Source: a cyanobacterium endosymbiont of Rhopalodia gibba
GTDB taxonomy: Bacteria > Cyanobacteriota > Cyanobacteriia > Cyanobacteriales > Microcystaceae
NCBI GenBank assembly: GCA_045159875.1
Contig: CP067995.1
Coordinates: 384,001-448,000 of the forward strand
Direction of reading: 5' to 3'
Length of the DNA stretch: 64,000 nt
The position numbers and the translations under genes are program-made. Each line of letters begins with the position of its first letter. Position 1 is the stretch's first letter. Under the pieces are notes generated by a model. It was given only the letters and a program-made list of their open reading frames with translations. It was not told where the DNA came from and did no database searches. Shown here piece by piece: positions 56,419-64,000 of this stretch.

Positions 56419-56439
56419 TTGTTTTTATTTAACCGGCTT

Positions 56440-56979
56440 CTAAGAGGGAGTCATAATGGAAGATGAGGAAGTTTCTTTATCGGAAGTGTTATGACTGTTC
56501 TCTGACCAAAGGGTTTCTGACTGGGATTTTTGTTCCCGAAATTGTTTGAGAGTGGCCACAAAATCTTTAATGCCTTGAAAGCGACCATAAACAGATGCAA
56601 AGCGAATATATGCTACTTCATTTTCTTGACGAAGGTAATCTAACACTAATTGGCCAACTTCTTGGCTAGTTACTTCCCGTCGGGGACGCTGCTGCAATTG
56701 AGCCTCGATCTCATCAACAATCGACTCTAGTCTCTGATGGGAGATTCCTGTCTTCTCACAAGCTCGTACCATCCCTCGCAACAATTTAGAATGATCGAAG
56801 GATTCTTTTTTTCCGTCATGTTTGACAACAATGATAGGAACGAACTCTACTCGTTCGTAAGTTGTAAAACGATGTTTGCAACTTAAACACTCACGACGAC
56901 GACGAATACTTTGTCCCCCTTCAGAGGAGCGAGATTCTAAAACACGACTATTGATGTGTTGACAGTAAGGACATTGCAT
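56440..56979 (-). CDS. nrdR: Transcriptional repressor NrdR
   Basis: MQCPYC..SRVLESR..IRRRREC..C..RFTTYE, ATP cone, [10 protein letters not shown]. Confidence 0.97.
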   Translation of the reverse strand: MQCPYCQHINSRVLESRSSEGGQSIRRRRECLSCKHRFTTYERVEFVPIIVVKHDGKKESFDHSKLLRGMVRACEKTGISHQRLESIVDEIEAQLQQRPRREVTSQEVGQLVLDYLRQENEVAYIRFASVYGRFQGIKDFVATLKQFREQKSQSETLWSENSHNTSDKETSSSSIMTPS

Positions 56980-57163
56980 GGAACTGTCCGTAATAACGGA
57001 TATTGAATTAACAATAAGCTAGCCAACAGTACAGTAACAAATGAACAATCTAAGCAAAACGAGCTATGCTGATCCATTTATCTATCTTCTGTAGAAGGGA
57101 AAAAAACAGGGGCTTGGGGGTATATTAACAGCAGTTGATTCTAATAGAATAGATAATCAAAAT

Positions 57164-57257
57164 TTATTTTTCAATACAAGGGGGTTCTCGAAAGGCGATA
57201 GTGAAAAACAATACAGCTAAAGCCATAGCAAGAACCATAATAAACAGCGCTTTCCAT
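57164..57257 (-). pseudogene. psbT: Photosystem II protein T pseudogene
   Basis: MESAV then frameshift to IMVLAMALAVLFFTIAFREPPCIEK*; 94 nt instead of 96. Confidence 0.9.
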
Positions 57258-57359
57258 TTAATTGATTACCTAAAATTGCTTGCGTTCCCAGTGTATCAAA
57301 AAAGTTGAGGATTTTTTAACGTTTAGCGATTATTAAACTTTACTTCTTAAGATAAAATT

Positions 57360-58679
57360 TTAAGTACTTTCTTTTATAGTTCTTATACTCGAGTCACCCA
57401 CTTTAAAAAATAAACCCTATCCTACTTATTCTTCGAGGTCAGTATCGATTTCCGTAAAAACAACGTCTCAGTACAAGGTACGAGAACCATGCCAGATGTA
57501 ATCCAAGAAGGATGGAAGGGCAAAGGCTACATGGGCAAAGGCCAATCAAGCCGATGGTTAAAAAAATATCGGAACTGAGAGTTTTGGGTGCAAGTTATTT
57601 CACTTAAGTGAAGGTTGATGAAGCTCTCTAGTGCATCGCTGTAGAAAGTAGTTACTTAGTCATTTCGTTGAATACTTAGCTTTGATTCTTACTCGCGAGT
57701 AAGAACAATTGGAAAGATTTCAAAGAAGTTAGGTATCTGACAAACGGTCAATTCCCGACCTTCTTTATCGGTGAATACGGGGTGTCCGAGGCAAGCTTGA
57801 GCAATTCCATCTGCACTATCTATTATCTATAGCTCCAGCTCCAGCTCCAGCACCGAATAAACTGTTTTTAGCTAAACTCTTCCCAATGTAATCATAAAAC
57901 GCCAATTTTTTAAAGATTTTTGATTAAGCTTTTTTTAGGCTATCTCCAATTGCCAGGTTGAATTCGACACGAAAATAAATTTATTCTTGAGAAGCAACCC
58001 TTATCTCATTGATGACGGATAAGCCCAAAAAATTTAAAAATTAAATTTGGGACGGTTTCCTCTACAACGAAGGTGGAAAAGAAAACGACGGTAATACTTC
58101 TAGAAAGAACTACTGAAGTTTCTTCCTAGTTTGAAAGAGTTAAAGTCCGTAGGACGATAAGTTGGGCATGACCAGTTAATCTATAAGGGGATAATATTCA
58201 CATTCCAAGACCCTAGAATCTAGTGAAGTAAAATGTTTCGAAACCAAAGCAAAGTAACCCAGATAAAAACAAGCAAACCGTAAACATTTTGAGTCAGTTT
58301 AAGGCGGTGAATTTGCCAATATAGATAGGTACAAATAATTCAGGTCCTAGAAAACCCAGTGCCAAATAGCAGCCAGACTCGGTAAACCCGATAATCACGA
58401 TGTTGGACTGGACTCACTCCTCCGAAAGACCAGAAACCAGAATCTCAGTTTCTTGAGTGACACTCTAGTAACCCCAGGAGCTAGCAACGTCTTAAGGGGT
58501 CATGAAGGGAAGAACAATCATTCCTTGTCGCCATATTGAGTTAAAAACAATATTGCCCAGCTCAAAAATGACTAGCTCATAAAGAGCAATAGAATAAGCT
58601 GTGTTCATGGGGTGAATGGAGACGAGTAGGACTGAACATTCAGAACAACTGTATGAATTTGATACCAAAATAGTTCCAT
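57360..58679 (-). pseudogene. psbB: Photosystem II CP47 pseudogene
   Basis: Fragments MELFWYQIHTVVLN, ALYEL, WRQGM.VLPFM, LAAIWHWVF*DL, FLSGLLCFGF, IWHGSRTLY*DV, DLEE*V, KVGD; many stops, frameshifts and deletions. Confidence 0.95.
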
Positions 58680-59254
58680 TGACTAGGCTTCTTCTATTGA
58701 AGATATATCTTCAATGCTTTTTTGTGTGAGTTGTCTTGGGTTATTTAATCATTTTTAAGTCCGTGATCGTTCTTTAAGTAGATGTCCCGGCTCAAGATTA
58801 GGCTAACTCGCATTATTCCTAGAAAGTAAAAATTACCTAAAGAAGGAGAATTAAATTATTGTTTGGACTCGATTGTAAACTTAAGAGGGCTACGAGTTTG
58901 GGGATAAGTAGATGGAAACCTTGCTCTTTCACGAATTATCAGCAAATTAAGTCTAATATATCTATTTCAAGGTATTATACTTGAATTACAATAATTCCAT
59001 TCTATTTTGATCTGATGACTCTATTTTATGATAATTATTCTCCCAGATGCAGAATAATTAGATTTTTCATCGTCCTGTGCCGACAATAGTTAAGTTAGAG
59101 GTAGGATAAAATTTTTCCAACAAAAAACAACACGACAGCATTGCCTTGTCCACTACTTTATTTTTTGATAAACTTCAATTCAACTTAAAAAACTTGAAAC
59201 ATCGACATTGTAGTAAAAAATCCCAACAGTTAATAGGATTTTAAAAGATTTTAT

Positions 59255-59293
59255 TTTAGTCTTTTGGTTAGCAATGCCAACTAAAAGACTAAA
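59255..59293. terminator. Hairpin after the FAD oxidoreductase gene, REP-like core
   Basis: TTTAGTCTTTTgGTTaGC-aat-GCcAACtAAAAGACTAAA. Confidence 0.6.
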
Positions 59294-59300
59294 GAGCTAA

Positions 59301-61394
59301 CTATCTATTCTGATGAGCATCAGACAACAAAGTTTGAGGAAAAGTAGTAGGATTTCCTTTCATTTCAAGTCTTTGGCGCAATTCCTCTAACAAAGGTTCA
59401 TGATTAGGTAAATTGTCTACAAACTCATAAGGTAAAGTGTTGCGTTCTAAAGCTAAATTGGCTAAATTTCCAGCAGCTGCCCCTACAGACCATTCAAATC
59501 CATGTACACGATAAGCTGCTGCCGCAATATGGCTTGTAGCAATACTCTTTCCAGCCACAATCAAATTATCTATTTTTTGGGGAATCATTGCTCGTAGGGG
59601 AATTTGAGCGGGATGAGATCCTCCGTGGGCAATGCGTACGTCTTGGCGCTCGCGGTTACTAGGTTTTTCGGGGGGAGAAAATGCCATACAAGGATGGAAA
59701 TCAATCATGTAATTGACAATTCCTACTGAATCGTCATAAACTGTGGCATGGGTACGCTGAGTAACTAAATAAGAAGGAATAGTACTAATATTTGCCATTT
59801 TTGATTCTAGCTTGGCAATGGTGTCTCGAACATTTTTATACATGGGACGAGGTAAGTTAGTTCGGTAAAAATCTTGCCAATAATCTTTTGTAGAAATATC
59901 AATTTCGTTAATACTGAACCCCTCTTCGTGATCGATAGAGGGTCTCCCGATAATGCGCCTTCCTTCCCGGATATAAGGGTATTTAGATAACCCATGGACA
60001 GTCCCCATAGGGGAATCTAACCCCTTTAAAAATCGATGGTTAGGATGGGTTTTTTTTACTCCATATCCGAGGCGTGAGTCAGTAGTTCCTGCTACCAACC
60101 AGTAGTAAAAACCTTTGGCTAATTCTTCCCCTTTTCTCAGGGTTTCTTGACGTAAACCCCCTTTCCATTCTCCAGGTTGTAGTTGTCCACTGTCTTGTAA
60201 TTGATCACGAGTATAAACTAAGTTATCATGACGAGTTCCAGGGCGATAATCATTACCCCATAACCAATTTTGCATAGATATATCTCCTGGGGTGGGACGG
60301 TTAACAGTCATCCGTCCAGCGCGAATGGGTTTTCCTTTTTCGGGACTCCAAATGCGTCGATAAGTAAAGATTAAATCGAAGTAAGCTAGTTTTCGATTGG
60401 AATCATAACCGTAATAGGGAGCATACTGCTCATAAAAGGTTGGTTTATATTGAGGCTGAGGTTCCTTGGTGTGTTCCATAGCAAAGGTATAGGTAAACCC
60501 TTGTGTACAATAAGGATCACCTTTCTCGTTAGGGGCTGAAGGGTTGAGATGGGTACGAGGATCTAACCCAACCCGATAGGGAACGTCTGCTAAAGCAACA
60601 ATTTCTCCTGTTTCTGTAGCTTCGATGACAAACCAATTAGCTTTCTGGGATGGATTCTGAGATTTAGGAAGAAAACGAACAATTTTTTTAGTTAACCGTT
60701 GGGAATTTTGATAGCTATAAGCGTCGTCTATGATAGCAGATAGGGGTTCATGGTTGAGGGGAGGAGTTCCGATCACATTTTTGTGTTGAATAGCGACTGC
60801 TTGTTGGATCTGTTTTCCATCTTTACTCAATTCTAAGTCTTTAATAACTGTTGCAGGGAACCATCTGAGGTGTCCTCTTCCTAGTCGTTCAGCTTCTTTT
60901 AACTGTCGGTACATTATGTTATGGCCATCCTTGGGGAGAAAACAGCTTTCACTTACCCAACAGTCTCCAGGGTTGAGGGTTCCATAACCACTAGTGATCG
61001 CCTTTCGTAGCTGTTGATATCCCTTAGGAAAAAGCTGCAATGATCGCTGTTTTTTGCCTTCATCGAGGGCGGAGTTTCCCTGAGATGATATTTGTCCTCC
61101 TACCCAGTCGGAAATGTCCGTCAAACATACTGTCCGTCCCCCTAATAAGGATTCATAGGCGGTGGCTGCCCCTGCGAGTCCTCCTCCAACAATCAGTAAA
61201 TCACAGCTTATGGTTTCATCGGGGTCACGAGGTGATGCGGCGATCACTGGTACAGTTGATAAAACTGATTTTCCACAGAGAACACTTAAGAATAAAGACA
61301 CTATAAGACCCTGTAGTCTTTTACTTTTGCTGTCTTTTCCTTGCTGAAAACATCTTGACCTTAGTGATTGCGTTCGGTTACTTTTCCCCATCAT
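59301..61394 (-). CDS. Exported FAD-dependent oxidoreductase
   Basis: Hydrophobic N-terminal leader, DLLIVGGGLAG, WVGGQISSQG, PYIREGRRI, IPLRAMIPQKIDNL, AAAAYRVH. Confidence 0.85.
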   Translation of the reverse strand: MMGKSNRTQSLRSRCFQQGKDSKSKRLQGLIVSLFLSVLCGKSVLSTVPVIAASPRDPDETISCDLLIVGGGLAGAATAYESLLGGRTVCLTDISDWVGGQISSQGNSALDEGKKQRSLQLFPKGYQQLRKAITSGYGTLNPGDCWVSESCFLPKDGHNIMYRQLKEAERLGRGHLRWFPATVIKDLELSKDGKQIQQAVAIQHKNVIGTPPLNHEPLSAIIDDAYSYQNSQRLTKKIVRFLPKSQNPSQKANWFVIEATETGEIVALADVPYRVGLDPRTHLNPSAPNEKGDPYCTQGFTYTFAMEHTKEPQPQYKPTFYEQYAPYYGYDSNRKLAYFDLIFTYRRIWSPEKGKPIRAGRMTVNRPTPGDISMQNWLWGNDYRPGTRHDNLVYTRDQLQDSGQLQPGEWKGGLRQETLRKGEELAKGFYYWLVAGTTDSRLGYGVKKTHPNHRFLKGLDSPMGTVHGLSKYPYIREGRRIIGRPSIDHEEGFSINEIDISTKDYWQDFYRTNLPRPMYKNVRDTIAKLESKMANISTIPSYLVTQRTHATVYDDSVGIVNYMIDFHPCMAFSPPEKPSNRERQDVRIAHGGSHPAQIPLRAMIPQKIDNLIVAGKSIATSHIAAAAYRVHGFEWSVGAAAGNLANLALERNTLPYEFVDNLPNHEPLLEELRQRLEMKGNPTTFPQTLLSDAHQNR

Positions 61395-62399
61395 TAGATG
61401 CTGCTACTTATTTAAGGAGTTTGAAAAGGAGTGAAATAACAGTAATTTCTATGTATTACTGTCCCTTGAGTCTAGAAAAAGTAACAGAAAATCTCGAGAT
61501 CTTTAATGTTTTTTCTAGATTTTAGTTGAATCTAAGATGGATTAATATATGTATTGAAAAAATTGTATACTAACTTCAGTTTTTATATTAATTTTATTGA
61601 CTTTTATTCTTTTTTAAATTACTGATTAAACTCCTTTTTAGGATAAAAGCTTATTACTTTAAGTTCTGTGAGATTATACTTATCAAGTTTATCGAGAAAA
61701 CCCGAACTATCTTAAAGGTAATTATTGTTATTTGAATCAAAGTCTAGGGGTAAAATACACGGTTTTATTATAATTTTGTCCTTTTTAGACTTAGTGTTAT
61801 AACATGTTAGCTAACAACTCTCAAAGAACTTATCATAAATAGATTCTCTAGTCACAAGAGAATCTGGCAAAGCAAAACTTTCAGCTTTTATTTATTGTTA
61901 TTTTGTCATAGCTAAGCTAGAAAAGCCAGAATTCTTAAAAGATGTTTGCAAATGATTAATTTTAAAACAACTTCTTTGAAAACTAAGCTTAAATAACAAT
62001 ATTGTCAAGAATATAACAAACTAAATTAAGTCCAATCTATCGTTTTGCTCAATTCAACTTATTAATTTACCTAGTGGATACTGGTCTCTTTTAAGACAAA
62101 AATATTAGGATAGAATATTTACTAATTTTTTTTTAAAATCTTTGGCTAAATTCAAGTCAAACAAAATTATACTTGTGCTTGAGTTAGTATTATTTTTTCT
62201 TAAAAGTTAAAGTCCACATTATAAGTTCTATTTCTAGAGAAGTCTATATTTATAGCAGGTTTAGCTAACTTTAAGCAATATATTTTTATCAAAATAGCTA
62301 TACTATTGCCATATTTTTATGATTTTTAAAAATATCTTTTCGAATCACCTTCTAAATAGTTTTTAAATCAATCTTTTTATATTTTTGATTCTATCTATC

Positions 62400-62707
62400 A
62401 AATCCATCCTTGATTAATTATTCACTTGTGTCTTTGATTTTACTTGTCTTTCTCTAATTTCATCAGGAGAAAGGATAACTTGAAATTTCAATAAAATCTT
62501 GAATAATGGTCGGTCATCAATTACTGTTACCATTACTTCAGTACCTGGAAATCTAAAAATTATTATCATCGTGGTCGTATACAGTCACCATCACCGGTAA
62601 TAAATTTTTGATAGAAGACAGCTATCGATGTCTGAGCGGTCCTTCCTTTCGTTGCCTAGAGAAGATAATAACCCTACGTCATAGTTATATTCAACAATAA
62701 TTGTCAT
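62400..62707 (-). pseudogene. Degraded unidentified ORF downstream of the thioredoxin-like gene
   Basis: ATG near 62707 (MTIIVEYNYDVGLLSSLGNERKDRS...) followed by stops and frameshifted protein-like fragments. Confidence 0.35.
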
Positions 62708-62739
62708 ACTCTACTGTTAACTTCTAAGCTGATAACTTC

Positions 62740-63297
62740 TTAGTGTACCTGCGCTGTATGACTACGGGAATCACTTTGACCTGATGAAGGGGTATTAACA
62801 GGAGCATTGAAAATTGATGTTTGACCAGTAGAGGCCGCATAGGGTAGGGTTTGATGAGCAAGAAGAGCATCTAAATTAGCTTTCATCACTGATGACGGTT
62901 GTTCTCCAATCGTTTGGGCAATCGCCTCTCCTTTACCATTAAGAAAAACAAAATGGGGAATTCCATTGACCCGATAGCGGAGAATTTCAGGTAACCATTT
63001 GTTATTGTCTACGTTAAGCATGACAAAATTGACAGAATCAGCATATTTTTGTTTTATTTCTGCTAAATATGGAGCCATGGCTTGACAACTGCTACACCAG
63101 TTAGCGTAGAATTCAGTCAATGTGGGCTTCCCATTGTTATAAGCTACTGTCAGGGGAATAGACTGTTCAGCTTGCGCTTCTAAAGACACAGAATTAGTTT
63201 GAGTTTGAAAACCAAAAAAAATAGCTGTACTAAGAGCAATCCCAGCAAAAGCAATTAAGAAATTCTTAACTCGACCGACATTATTTATTTCAAACAT
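62740..63297 (-). CDS. txlA: Membrane-anchored thioredoxin-like thiol:disulfide protein (TxlA/HCF164-like)
   Basis: N-terminal TM helix, EFYANWCSSC, NVDNNKWLPE, GIPHFVF. Confidence 0.85.
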   Translation of the reverse strand: MFEINNVGRVKNFLIAFAGIALSTAIFFGFQTQTNSVSLEAQAEQSIPLTVAYNNGKPTLTEFYANWCSSCQAMAPYLAEIKQKYADSVNFVMLNVDNNKWLPEILRYRVNGIPHFVFLNGKGEAIAQTIGEQPSSVMKANLDALLAHQTLPYAASTGQTSIFNAPVNTPSSGQSDSRSHTAQVH

Positions 63298-63511
63298 AGT
63301 TTTTTTAGATAACTTAACTGATGAATGATTCTTTTCTTTCTAAATAGCTCGTTATTTAATCGGTTGAGCTATGATGAGATTACGCGAATAAATAAAAATT
63401 AAAGACAGATTCAGATAGCCTAAAAACTTGGTCAAAGGTTATTTTTATTCGAGAAAATGAGATTATAAATTAAGGAAATCGATAAAGACACCCAAATCGC
63501 CCAAATATATA

Positions 63512-63916
63512 ATGAAAAAACGAGTGACCCTGACATTTCCCCGGCGAACAGTTCAGATGCCAGTGACTTACCGTCTCGCTAAAGATTTTAACATTGCGGC
63601 TAACATTATTCGCGCCCAAGTTGCCCCTAATCAAGTAGGAAAATTAGTTTTAGAATTGTTAGGGGATATTGATGTAATCGAAGCAGCGCTCGAATGGATA
63701 AGAGCACAAGAAATCGAAGTTTCTTTAGCTAGTCGGGAAATTGTTATTGATCAAGACAGTTGTGTAGACTGTGGACTATGTACTGGAGTCTGTCCTACCC
63801 AAGCTTTAACCCTCGAGCCTCAGACATTTCATTTAACTTTTAAGCGATCACGCTGTATCGTTTGTGAACAATGTCTCCCTGCCTGTCCAGTCCAAGCCAT
63901 TTCTACAAATTTTTAG
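63512..63916 (+). CDS. NIL-domain 2x[4Fe-4S] ferredoxin
   Basis: NIIRAQV NIL domain; CVDCGLCTGVCP and CIVCEQCLPACP. Confidence 0.92.
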   Translation: MKKRVTLTFPRRTVQMPVTYRLAKDFNIAANIIRAQVAPNQVGKLVLELLGDIDVIEAALEWIRAQEIEVSLASREIVIDQDSCVDCGLCTGVCPTQALTLEPQTFHLTFKRSRCIVCEQCLPACPVQAISTNF

Positions 63917-64000
63917 TTACGCTAAATAATAAGATTTATTTACAAAATGTTGACTTAAATCAGAAAATTAACTGCTGTGATTATTCAAGATAATTACGGG

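Overview
Window from an AT-rich, genome-reduced unicellular cyanobacterium. Intact genes cover only about 58% of the window (hand sum), with long decayed spacers between them. Photosystem II genes psbB (CP47) and psbT are recognisable pseudogenes, while hypE, nrrA with an NtcA promoter, cikA, cobN, sqdB, crtD, clpR-clpP3, rpmH-rnpA-yidC-jag, nrdR and rpsA are intact. This fits a non-photosynthetic, probably N2-fixing endosymbiont such as a rhopalodiacean diatom spheroid body (inference; no nif genes or rRNA are in the window). The most interesting element is a GC-rich, strongly structured RNA-like locus of about 200 nt between nrdR and rpsA (56203-56404, minus strand). It has the architecture of an IS200/IS605 TnpB omega/reRNA scaffold, its own extended -10 promoter, a putative 3' guide and a downstream hairpin, but no tnpB ORF or transposon left end. 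Other notable items are a HisD paralog with rewired zinc/substrate ligands, pseudogenes at different stages of decay, eroding HIP1 and REP-like repeats, and two perfect 38- and 46-bp palindromes. All family calls are from recalled motifs, not database searches.
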